This document shows positions 10,856 to 19,201 of a stretch of 64,000 nucleotides of DNA, piece by piece (within the stretch, counting starts at the first letter, position 1; every line of letters begins with the position of its first letter). The DNA lies in NCBI RefSeq assembly GCF_988242995.1, contig NZ_OZ547043.1; one strand, written 5' to 3'. Under the pieces are notes generated by a model. The model did no database searches. It worked only from the letters and a program-made list of their open reading frames with translations, and was not told the origin of the DNA. Position numbers and translations under genes: made by a program.

Positions 10856-11884
10856 GATTATATTAAGCAAATGTTTTCCAATCGTTTCAGACATCTTCGG
10901 AGGGACCGCATTTCCTATTTGACGAGCCCGAGATTGCAAAGAACCAATAAATTTATAATCCAAAGGAAATGTTTGTAGACACGCTGCTTCACGAACCGAT
11001 ATTGCTCGATTTTGTGTTGGATGTCCAAAACGTCCATTTGAATAGCTAATACAACGAGTTGTTAGTCCGCTGGCTGGTTTGTCCCAACTCAAACGTCCAT
11101 ATACGTCTGTATGCCCTTTATGGTTACGATGGCATTCTAAAATCAATTCATCTGGCCAAAATTCTCGACTTCCACCTTCAGGAGTGCATTTTATTCTACG
11201 TAAATTAAGCTCTGATAAGCGTGCAGCTTCATGATCAGGAATACTATTATGCTTTTCTCCTGCTTCTATCTTCGGTAAATTAGCGATCCAGTCCTTTACT
11301 GTTGAATAGGGAGTATTTCCAACCCCATGTGTAGGAGAAGGCAATGCGACATAAAAATCCTTGGATGCAATGAGCACTAATCTTTCTCGCGTCTGTGGTA
11401 CACCGTACCACGCAGCTGGCATTACTTTATAATCTACACTATATCCCTTTGATGAAAGCATTTCTAAAAACATCATGAATGTTCCTTCATTTTTGTTAAA
11501 CTTTTGCATTCCTGGCACGTTTTCAACAAAAATAAAATCAGGCATATAATGCTCTACAAAGCGACTGAATTCCTTTAATAGATCTAATCGTGGATCATCA
11601 TTTTTCTTATTTGAGTTTTGCTTAGAGTACGGTTGACAAGGCGCACATCCTGAAAAAAGAATGTAATCATTACGATGTTTTTTTACTAACTTGTTTATGG
11701 CATTGTTGTCGATTAACCTAATGTCCGAGTTAATAAAAGCAGCCTGCGGGAAATTTGCACGAAATGAACTGGCTGCATCAACGTCGAAATCGAGGCCAAA
11801 AACAATATCCATTCCAGCTTGATGGAAACCTTGGCTGGTTCCACCACAACCGGAAAAGAAGTCAAACACTTTGATTTTTTTCAT
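10844..11884 (-). CDS. DNA (cytosine-5)-methyltransferase
   Basis: Motif I FDFFSGCGGTSQGF, motif IV GCAPCQPYS (catalytic Cys), motif VI FVENVPGM, motif VIII QTRER, motif X GNAVPP; ATG 11884 with GAGGG SD; ORF track extends to a GTG at 11908; visibly AT-rich. Confidence 0.85.
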   Translation of the reverse strand: MKKIKVFDFFSGCGGTSQGFHQAGMDIVFGLDFDVDAASSFRANFPQAAFINSDIRLIDNNAINKLVKKHRNDYILFSGCAPCQPYSKQNSNKKNDDPRLDLLKEFSRFVEHYMPDFIFVENVPGMQKFNKNEGTFMMFLEMLSSKGYSVDYKVMPAAWYGVPQTRERLVLIASKDFYVALPSPTHGVGNTPYSTVKDWIANLPKIEAGEKHNSIPDHEAARLSELNLRRIKCTPEGGSREFWPDELILECHRNHKGHTDVYGRLSWDKPASGLTTRCISYSNGRFGHPTQNRAISVREAACLQTFPLDYKFIGSLQSRARQIGNAVPPKMSETIGKHLLNIIKAS

Positions 11885-11907
11885 TTTTCCCTCTGCATCC
11901 AGAATCA

Positions 11908-13737
11908 CTACCTAATGATACCACGGTCAAGAGCCTGAGTAATTATTTTTCTTATTTTTATAAATTCAGGCAATTCATTTTTAAGTCTTGCGGTCATCAT
12001 TTGTTGGAGGCAAAAAATTTCCTCTGCATTTACTTCTTCTTTATCATACAGGTGTTGCGCTAATAATCTTATTTGATTCTTATACAGTTCTGGATCATTA
12101 GAACTCCAGGTCTGTGAATCAATTATTTCTTTTTCACTTGGCGTAATTGCCTTTTCAATGAGTAATTGTTCGGGAGTATCAAATGGTAAATACTTCACTT
12201 TATTGAATGCATACTCAAGCACTTGCCTTTTGAGTCTATTAGATTCTTGTTCATTTTTTTTGCCATTACTACCACTGGCATTGATAATTAACTCGCAACC
12301 ATAATATTTGCACATTGTATTAACTAAATCAGCATCAGCAATTTCACTAATTCTTACTGGTTTTATTTTTTTGTTTTTATCACCATCAAGTAAAAACAAA
12401 ATATCATTGCGTTCTACCACAGCGTAACTGGGAAGATGCTTGCTTAAAATGGTCTCCGAACCACCTGGTATATAACTTACACTAAATGATAAGCTTAATC
12501 TTTCATCATTTTTAATCGCTTTATCTATAATTGCTTTAGCTAATTTATCTTCTACAATTATTGTTTTCTTGTTAATATCATGCCCTAGCTCTATAAAAGC
12601 TTCATCCGGTGCTATATTTTGAACTATTTTAGCTGTTTCACTCTCTTCATCAAAAACAAATAATTTAATGGCATCTTTGGGAAGAGTGTTCACAATAACA
12701 GGAGAATGGGTTGATATTACCACTTGATGTTTTTTCTGCTCAACAATAGAGTACAGAACATCCATCATCCTTTTTTGTGCACCAGGGTGAAGTGAAACTT
12801 CTGGTTCGTCAAGAAGAATTAATGAATTAGGTTTGGCCGAATAAATATTGAGTATTAGTGAAACTATTGCAAATTCACCACTTCCAGCAAACGCTTCTGT
12901 ATAGTTCAACTTATCAGTTGAAAGTAAAGCGGTTCCTCCTCTGGTTCCAAATAACCGATGCTCAAGAAATTTAATGACTTTATATTTTTTCCCTAATATA
13001 AATGAGACGTGCTCAACTAGTTCTGGCGCCAAGGTTATATTTTTAACAATGGTTTCCGCCCCCCAGAGTCTTAAATTACTTAGCTTTTCATCAAAAGCTT
13101 TCTTTATATATTTAGATTTGCTTCTGATATAGTCTTGCTTTGTAATTAATACACCACTCTTCTTCTTTCTTAATTTAAAATCAGAGTGATACATACATCT
13201 ATCAAATGCACTTATTTCCGATCTGAAATCTAGGAAAACCAATCCCTTCTTGATTTTTTTCCATCTGGTTGCATTACTATTAGCACCCAGATCATCCGAA
13301 ATACTCTCCATGTTATCACCAACAGATGGTCGACTTGTTTCCCAATAATCGATTGTTTTCTTGGTAGCATTGATACGTGCTTGGAGTATTTCAACTAAAC
13401 GGCCATCAGCATTTTTATATCCATATATATATCTAGGTTTAAGAGAACTGCCATCAGCAAGTTTTAGGTCAGGAAACTCATCTGTTTCAGTTGTGAACCA
13501 ATAACGAGTTATATTTTTACCATGTGGGCAACCAAATAGCGCTTTGATAACAGAACTTTTATTAGTTCCATTTTTTCCTACTAAAGCCGTTATAGGGAAC
13601 TGAAAATCGATCCTTGCATTCTGCTCTATATTTTTAAAGTATGGAAAACGGATATGTTGTATGAATGGTTCAAATTCACCGTTTTTTAACGCGCACTGGA
13701 GTGTTCGAATTTTGCTCTTGTATGCGGAAGTGCTCAT
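11908..13737 (-). CDS. OLD-family-like nuclease: N-terminal ABC-type ATPase plus C-terminal Toprim-like domain (609 aa)
   Basis: Walker A LVGKNGTNKSS; signature-like AGSGEFAIVSL; Walker B/D-loop LILLDEPEVSLHP; H-loop VISTHSP; C-terminal Toprim-like E (TIIVEDKLAK) and DxD (LFLLDGDKN); stop lies 23 bp from MTase ATG; visibly AT-rich. Confidence 0.7.
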   Translation of the reverse strand: MSTSAYKSKIRTLQCALKNGEFEPFIQHIRFPYFKNIEQNARIDFQFPITALVGKNGTNKSSVIKALFGCPHGKNITRYWFTTETDEFPDLKLADGSSLKPRYIYGYKNADGRLVEILQARINATKKTIDYWETSRPSVGDNMESISDDLGANSNATRWKKIKKGLVFLDFRSEISAFDRCMYHSDFKLRKKKSGVLITKQDYIRSKSKYIKKAFDEKLSNLRLWGAETIVKNITLAPELVEHVSFILGKKYKVIKFLEHRLFGTRGGTALLSTDKLNYTEAFAGSGEFAIVSLILNIYSAKPNSLILLDEPEVSLHPGAQKRMMDVLYSIVEQKKHQVVISTHSPVIVNTLPKDAIKLFVFDEESETAKIVQNIAPDEAFIELGHDINKKTIIVEDKLAKAIIDKAIKNDERLSLSFSVSYIPGGSETILSKHLPSYAVVERNDILFLLDGDKNKKIKPVRISEIADADLVNTMCKYYGCELIINASGSNGKKNEQESNRLKRQVLEYAFNKVKYLPFDTPEQLLIEKAITPSEKEIIDSQTWSSNDPELYKNQIRLLAQHLYDKEEVNAEEIFCLQQMMTARLKNELPEFIKIRKIITQALDRGIIR

Positions 13738-13885
13738 TGTTTACTAAAGTCCATAATAGGCTATTAACAGGTTGAGGATGACATGATAACGATTTTTAAT
13801 GCAGATAAAAGAGGTTTGTTGGTTAGCACACAACAGAAAAAGTGACCTTACCGCTTGAACGAAAGGTAAGGGTAAGTAGGCTGTG

Positions 13886-14038
13886 ATGCAGCAAAAGACG
13901 ATGTTAATCGCCCTGATTGTCATCTGTATTACCGTCGTTGTGATGGCACTGGTAACAAGGAAAGACTTCTGCGAGGTACAAATCCGAACCGGTCAGACGG
14001 AGGTCGCTGTCTTCACAGCTTACGAACCTGAGGAGTGA
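13886..14038 (+). CDS. hok: Hok/Gef-family type I toxin (50 aa)
   Basis: Hand translation MQQKTMLIALIVICITVVVMALVTRKDFCEVQIRTGQTEVAVFTAYEPEE; close to K-12 HokD/RelF as I recall; GC-rich hairpin ggcgagggagaaatccctcgcc downstream. Confidence 0.8.
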   Translation: MQQKTMLIALIVICITVVVMALVTRKDFCEVQIRTGQTEVAVFTAYEPEE

Positions 14039-14503
14039 GAGACCAGGCGAGGGAGAAATCCCTCGCCACCTCTGATGAGTCAGGCATCCTCAACGCACCC
14101 GCACTTAACCAACTTTGGCGGGTATATTTTATCTGTGAATATTTTTATAAAAATAATGCCCACGCACAGCATAAAACAAAAAGTATTACAGATAAAAAAG
14201 GAACGTAATGTGCAGATTTGTTGTTTTCCATATTTACTCACCTTAATATGATTAACCCTAATAGGGTTGTTATTTCAGCGGTTTTCAAATGAGATATTAT
14301 GGTGATCTGGCAGATTTGCATAACATTAAAATTTAATTTGTTTAACCGCTTTTAATAATAAGCGTTGTTTGTATCCCAGCAATCTGTTGTTTGGTTTTTA
14401 TTCCATTAAGGTGGGGCTTTACACTGGAGCCAGTTTATTTATACTTCATACGTCAGCCTGAACAACTGGCATCTGCTGCGCTGCGCCATCGAGAGATTAA
14501 GAA

Positions 14504-15103
14504 ATGGCGCATATACAACTGGTCAAACAAACCTCTTCCGGATTACTTCTCCCGGCGACGCCGGAGAGTTGTGATTTTCTGCATCAAATCAAAATAGGCG
14601 AGTGGATACACGCAGACTTTAAGCGTGTGCGTAACTACGCATTCCACAAGCGTTTTTTCAAACTCCTGCAACTGGGATTCGATTACTGGACTCCGGTCGG
14701 TGGGGCGATCACGCCTCGCGAACGAGAACAGCTGTCTGGTTTCGTTGATTACCTGTGCGAATCAGTTGGTCGGGAACACACGCCAGCCCTGAGTGATGCC
14801 GCAGAGCAATATCTGAATACAGTTGCGACACGCAGAACCCGGGATACGGCATTGCTAAAGTCGTTTGAGGCTTTTCGCGAGTGGGTAACCATTCAGGCTG
14901 GATTTTACACCGAACATTTTTATCCGGACGGTAGCCGCGGGCGTCGGGCAAAATCTATCGCTTTTGCGAATATGGACGAAACCGAGTTTCAGCAGGTTTA
15001 TAAATCTGTTCTGAATGTGCTGTGGAACTGGATTCTGTTCCGTAAATTTTCCTCTCCGGAACAAGTCGAAAATGTGGCCGCGCAGCTGCTGGAGTTTGCG
15101 TAA
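14504..15103 (+). CDS. Phage protein, DUF1367-like (nin-region)
   Basis: 199-aa ORF MAHIQLVKQTSSGLLLPATPESCDFLHQIKIGEW...; family call from memory and position before the YbcO-like gene. Confidence 0.5.
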   Translation: MAHIQLVKQTSSGLLLPATPESCDFLHQIKIGEWIHADFKRVRNYAFHKRFFKLLQLGFDYWTPVGGAITPREREQLSGFVDYLCESVGREHTPALSDAAEQYLNTVATRRTRDTALLKSFEAFREWVTIQAGFYTEHFYPDGSRGRRAKSIAFANMDETEFQQVYKSVLNVLWNWILFRKFSSPEQVENVAAQLLEFA

Positions 15104-15393
15104 TGGTGGATTTACGTAAAGCGGCGCGGGGGCAGATGTGCACCGTCAGAATTCCTGGCTACTGCAATCACAATCCCGAAACATCTGTGCTGGCGCATTA
15201 CAGGCTGGCGGGGACGTGCGGAACAGCGACAAAACCACACGATATGCAGGCAGCGATTGCCTGTAGCTCATGCCACGATTTAATCGACGGGCGGGTAAAA
15301 ACCAGCGATTACACCAAAGAAGAATTACGCCTGATGCATGCAGAAGGTGTTTTTCGCACACAAGAAATCTGGAGAAAGGAAGGTTATTTATGA
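15103..15393 (+). CDS. YbcO-like putative nuclease (DUF1364)
   Basis: 96-aa ORF MVDLRKAARGQMCTVRIPGYCNHNPETSVLAH...CSSCHDLID; resembles DLP12 YbcO; Cys/His motifs. Confidence 0.7.
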   Translation: MVDLRKAARGQMCTVRIPGYCNHNPETSVLAHYRLAGTCGTATKPHDMQAAIACSSCHDLIDGRVKTSDYTKEELRLMHAEGVFRTQEIWRKEGYL

Positions 15394-15932
15394 TTTACCC
15401 AACAAATACAGGCAAAAGCGGGGAACACCTTCGTCTCACCACGCTGGAAAGTGTCTGGATTCAGGGAAAACTGCGCATGTGGGGGCGCTGGTCGTATATT
15501 GGCGGCGGTAAGACGGGAAATATGTTTAACCAGTTGCTGGCATCCAAAAAATTGACGAAAACAGCCGTCAATGAAGCCCTGCGCAGGATGAAAAAAGCGG
15601 GAATAGAGAAACCTGAGCTGGAAGCGTTTTTGCGAGAGATGATCAATGGCAAGCAAAAGACCTGGCTGGCGCATTGTACTGATGCAGAGGCGTTATGTAT
15701 TGATAGAGTCATAAGTGAGGTGCTGGCAGAGCATCCTGGATTGATTAGTGTCCTCCGGCAACGGTATGAAGGACGGGGGATGACTAAGCGCAAAATGGCT
15801 GAATTGCTAAATGATGCACATCCTGAGTGGTGTTTTAGCACATGCGAAAAGCGAATTGCTAATTGGTTGGCTGTTGCTGAGTATGCCCTATATATTCCCA
15901 TGCGAGAATTATTTGCTCAAAAAATAGCTTGA
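15390..15932 (+). CDS. Putative late-gene antitermination protein (Q-like) by position
   Basis: 180 aa from MIYPTNTGKSGEHLRLTT...; last gene of the nin block before the lysis cassette; family not confirmed. Confidence 0.4.
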   Translation: MIYPTNTGKSGEHLRLTTLESVWIQGKLRMWGRWSYIGGGKTGNMFNQLLASKKLTKTAVNEALRRMKKAGIEKPELEAFLREMINGKQKTWLAHCTDAEALCIDRVISEVLAEHPGLISVLRQRYEGRGMTKRKMAELLNDAHPEWCFSTCEKRIANWLAVAEYALYIPMRELFAQKIA

Positions 15933-16038
15933 TTTTTTACGCATAAACTGCTTCAATTCCGGTATGCTTCGCAAAGCTGTATCGCGAGGCGAACCAAGCG
16001 CATGAACTTTACCAGAACCCGCCATTGAGCGGGTTTTG

Positions 16039-16751
16039 TTGTGCACAGAAAACCCCCAGCTAGGCTGGGGGTTCCGGAAAGCTTTCAGCTTTGAGCCAGT
16101 TATTAAAACCCCTTTTGATTTGTTAAAACACTTTGCGGTCTGGCAACTGCAAGTGTCAAACAAGAAATCAAAAGGGGGTCCCAATGGGGAACGAAAAGAG
16201 CTTAGCGCACACCCGATGGAACTGTAAATATCACATAGTTTTTGCGCCAAAATACCGAAGACAGGTGTTCTACAGAGAGAAGCGTAGAGCAATAGGCAGT
16301 ATTTTGAGAAAGCTGTGTGAGTGGAAAAGCGTACGGATTCTGGAAGCTGAATGCTGTGCAGATTATATCCATATGCTTGTGGAGATCCCGCCCAAAATGA
16401 GCGTATCCGGCTTTATGGGATATCTGAAAGGGAAAAGCAGTCTGATGCTTTACGAGCAGTTTGGTGATTTGAAATTCAAATACAGGAACAGGGAGTTCTG
16501 GTGCAGAGGGTACTACGTCGATACAGTGGGTAAGAACACGGCGAAGATACAGGATTACATAAAGCACCAGCTTGAAGAGGATAAAATGGGAGAGCAGTTA
16601 TCGATTCCCTATCCGGGCAGCCCGTTTACGGGCCGTAAGTAACGAAGTTGGATGCAAATGTCAGATCGTGTGCGCCTGTTAGGGCGCGGCTGGTAAGAGA
16701 GCCTTATAGGCGCATTTGAAAAACCTCCGGCTATGCCGGAGGATATTTATT
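16039..16751 (+). mobile_element. IS200-family insertion sequence, copy 2 (identical to copy 1)
   Basis: Identical to 3625..4337 (offset 12414 bp), same orientation; inserted between Q-like gene and lysis region. Confidence 0.9.
16184..16642 (+). CDS. tnpA: IS200 transposase TnpA
   Basis: Identical to the 3770..4228 product. Confidence 0.9.
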   Translation: MGNEKSLAHTRWNCKYHIVFAPKYRRQVFYREKRRAIGSILRKLCEWKSVRILEAECCADYIHMLVEIPPKMSVSGFMGYLKGKSSLMLYEQFGDLKFKYRNREFWCRGYYVDTVGKNTAKIQDYIKHQLEEDKMGEQLSIPYPGSPFTGRK

Positions 16752-16864
16752 GTTTCTGGTACTGGCGAACCTGATGTTTCATTTCTGGAGCGCGATTCCT
16801 GGCGGAATACCTAGAATCGAGACATTCTGGTAAAATTGTTTTCAGTACAGGATGTGGAGGTGAG

Positions 16865-17434
16865 ATGAGAGAACTACCTAAAGATTATTTTTTAGGAGTA
16901 GATGATGAGCTCGTCGATTATCTTGAAAAACAAGGGGAAGAGACGATACGAGAGATTCATCTTTCTAACAAAACCAATGTTGAGAATGGATACAAACTTC
17001 TGAACATTCAGATTGTTGGAATTGGTTCATCTTTTTTATTGCTGACACAGAAAACTAATTTCGATTTTCTCACCGCCGGAATTACCACATTTACATTACT
17101 ATGGACATGGTGCGCCATTTACTTGGTATGTACTGGTTTATCTGTGAAGGTTAGGGGCCTGATCAATGCCCCTCCTGATCATCTATATCATGAAAAATAT
17201 AAGGATATGGAGCCCTCGAGCTTTAAAATATTCGCTGATGCAGGATATTTAGGACCTGATAAGTTATTGCCGCTTATACGAAGGTATCGCCTTGTTGACT
17301 TGAGTGATACAGCAAGAGAGTTACTGTTGGAAAATGAGAAAATCCGCACGAGTCTCGATAAAGCAAGGATGTATACCATCCTTGCTCCGGTAGCGGCGAT
17401 GTTTATCTCGGCTGTTTTTTTATATGTTCAATGA
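16865..17434 (+). CDS. Hypothetical membrane protein (189 aa, about three predicted TM segments), AT-rich moron
   Basis: Hydrophobic stretches LLNIQIVGIGSSFLLL, GITTFTLLWTWCAIYLVCTGL and MYTILAPVAAMFISAVFLYV; visibly AT-rich versus neighbours. Confidence 0.55.
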   Translation: MRELPKDYFLGVDDELVDYLEKQGEETIREIHLSNKTNVENGYKLLNIQIVGIGSSFLLLTQKTNFDFLTAGITTFTLLWTWCAIYLVCTGLSVKVRGLINAPPDHLYHEKYKDMEPSSFKIFADAGYLGPDKLLPLIRRYRLVDLSDTARELLLENEKIRTSLDKARMYTILAPVAAMFISAVFLYVQ

Positions 17435-17564
17435 CTGAGTCGGCAGAATCTCCAACAAAAACACGACGTGTAGCAAAGTCTGTAGTACTTTGTGTTGGAG
17501 TTGGTTTTGGTGCCACGGGGTGCTGAGGTTTATTTTCACCTTGTGGTTTGTTTTTTTCAGACAT
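17403..17564 (-). CDS. Hypothetical small Lys/Pro-rich protein (53 aa)
   Basis: ATG at 17564 with AGAGGA SD 7 nt upstream; MSEKNKPQGENKPQHPVAPKPTPTQSTTDF...; convergent with and overlapping the 189-aa ORF. Confidence 0.35.
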   Translation of the reverse strand: MSEKNKPQGENKPQHPVAPKPTPTQSTTDFATRRVFVGDSADSVIEHIKKQPR

Positions 17565-17659
17565 AAAAATCCTCTTTGTTTGAATTGTTACTTTTGGCGA
17601 TTTAACGATATCAAACACGAGTATATACCGCCAGAAGCTTAATCTGGCACTCCATCTGA

Positions 17660-17683
17660 CCCCGGCATGTCCCGGGGCTTTTT
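17660..17683 (+). terminator. Intrinsic terminator upstream of holin (tR'-like candidate)
   Basis: GC stem ccccgg/ccgggg with 6-nt loop followed by cttttt. Confidence 0.5.
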
Positions 17684-17781
17684 CGTTGTTAGGCTCCGGA
17701 AACATCCTCGACTTCTTGTTAGCAAGCCTGAGAGCCTGAATCTTACACTTAGCACCATCCGAACTCTCGGAGGTGAGGCTT

Positions 17782-18123
17782 ATGAAAATGCACAATGCCC
17801 CTCATTCCTGGCCTGACTTACTGGAACTCTTACAAAGTTGGTGGCGTGGAGATACGCCGCTGGGTGCAGTGGTTATGTCAATTATTATGGCTGGTTTGCG
17901 CATTGCCTATTTTGGCGGTGGCGGCGGCTGGAAACGAAAAACGCTTGAGATTCTGCTTTGTGGTGCTCTGACGCTGACCTTTGCATCCGCGCTTGAGTAT
18001 GTCGGATGGCCTAAATCACTTTCTGTTGCCATTGGTGGTGGGGTGGGGCTGATTGGTGTTGATGCTATTCGTAGTGCGGCAATGAGGGTCATCGGTAACA
18101 AGTTCGGTGCCCATAAGGAGTAA
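17782..18123 (+). CDS. Holin
   Basis: N-terminus MKMHN... gives a dual-start motif (ATG 17782 and 17788) with GGAGGTGAGG SD; hydrophobic segments; immediately upstream of endolysin. Confidence 0.8.
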   Translation: MKMHNAPHSWPDLLELLQSWWRGDTPLGAVVMSIIMAGLRIAYFGGGGGWKRKTLEILLCGALTLTFASALEYVGWPKSLSVAIGGGVGLIGVDAIRSAAMRVIGNKFGAHKE

Positions 18124-18126
18124 TTA

Positions 18127-18603
18127 ATGCAGACACTTAATTCCCAGCGTAAAGCTTTCCTTGATATGGTGGCATGGTCAGAAGGAACAGATAACGGACG
18201 GCAGAAAACCAGAAATCACGGTTATGATATTATTGTCGGTGGCGAACTGTTCACTGATTACTCCGATCACCCCCGCAAACTTGTCACGCTAAATCCGAAA
18301 CTCAAATCAACAGCCGCTGGACGTTACCAGCTTCTTTCACGCTGGTGGGATGCCTACCGCAAGCAACTTGGCCTGAAAGATTTTTCTCCAGAAAGTCAGG
18401 ATGCTGTAGCGCTGCAGCAGATTAAAGAGCGTGGCGCTTTGCCGATGATTGATCGCGGTGATATCCGTCAGGCTATCGACCGTTGCAGCAATATATGGGC
18501 TTCACTGCCGGGCGCTGGTTATGGTCAGTTCGAGCATAAGGCTGACAGTCTGATTGCAAAATTCAAAGAAGCTGGCGGAACGGTCAGAGAGATTGAGGTA
18601 TGA
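18127..18603 (+). CDS. R: Endolysin (lambda R-like lytic transglycosylase)
   Basis: [34 protein letters not shown]...; near-identical to lambda R from memory. Confidence 0.95.
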   Translation: MQTLNSQRKAFLDMVAWSEGTDNGRQKTRNHGYDIIVGGELFTDYSDHPRKLVTLNPKLKSTAAGRYQLLSRWWDAYRKQLGLKDFSPESQDAVALQQIKERGALPMIDRGDIRQAIDRCSNIWASLPGAGYGQFEHKADSLIAKFKEAGGTVREIEV

Positions 18604-19064
18604 GCAGAGTAACCGCGATTATCTCCGCTCTGGTTATCTGCATCGTCGTCTGCCTGTCATGGGGTGTTAATCATTACCGTGATAACGCCATCGCCTACAA
18701 AGAACAGCGCGACAAAAATGCCAGAGAACTGAAGCTGGCGAACGCGGCAATTACTGAGATGCAGATGCGTCAGCGTGATGTTGCTGCGCTCGATGCAAAA
18801 TACACGAAGGAGTTAGCTGATGCGAAAGCTGAAAATGATGCTCTGCGTGATGATGTTGCCGCTGGTCGTCGTCGGTTGCACATCAAAGCAGTCTGTCAGT
18901 CAGTGCGTGAAGCCACCACCGCCTCCGGCGTGGATAATGCAGCCTCCCCCCGACTGGCAGACACCGCTGAACGGGATTATTTCACCCTCCGGGAACGACT
19001 GGTAATGATGCAGGCCCAACTTGAAGGTGCTCAGCAATACATAACCGAGCAGTGTTTAAAGTAA
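18600..19064 (+). CDS. Rz: Spanin inner-membrane subunit Rz
   Basis: Matches lambda Rz; start overlaps endolysin stop (ATGA). Confidence 0.9.
   Translation: MSRVTAIISALVICIVVCLSWGVNHYRDNAIAYKEQRDKNARELKLANAAITEMQMRQRDVAALDAKYTKELADAKAENDALRDDVAAGRRRLHIKAVCQSVREATTASGVDNAASPRLADTAERDYFTLRERLVMMQAQLEGAQQYITEQCLK
18820..19005 (+). CDS. Rz1: Spanin outer-membrane lipoprotein Rz1 (embedded in Rz, +1 frame)
   Basis: [23 protein letters not shown]... lipobox and proline-rich region; matches lambda Rz1. Confidence 0.85.
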   Translation: MRKLKMMLCVMMLPLVVVGCTSKQSVSQCVKPPPPPAWIMQPPPDWQTPLNGIISPSGNDW

Positions 19065-19201
19065 AATCTTAACTACAATATGATTCATTTTGATGATTGT
19101 TTCATAAGGAACAGTGAAGTAAGATCTAAGAGGAGTTAAATTTTATACAGTATAATCATAATATTGCAGCAAGGTGGTTATAATTGAAAGAATATTTAGA
19201 T

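Noticed and set aside
14391-14597. 68-aa plus-strand ORF upstream of the DUF1367-like gene
   Set aside because: Alternative-start ORF overlapping the real gene start region in another frame; Arg-rich tail, no SD.
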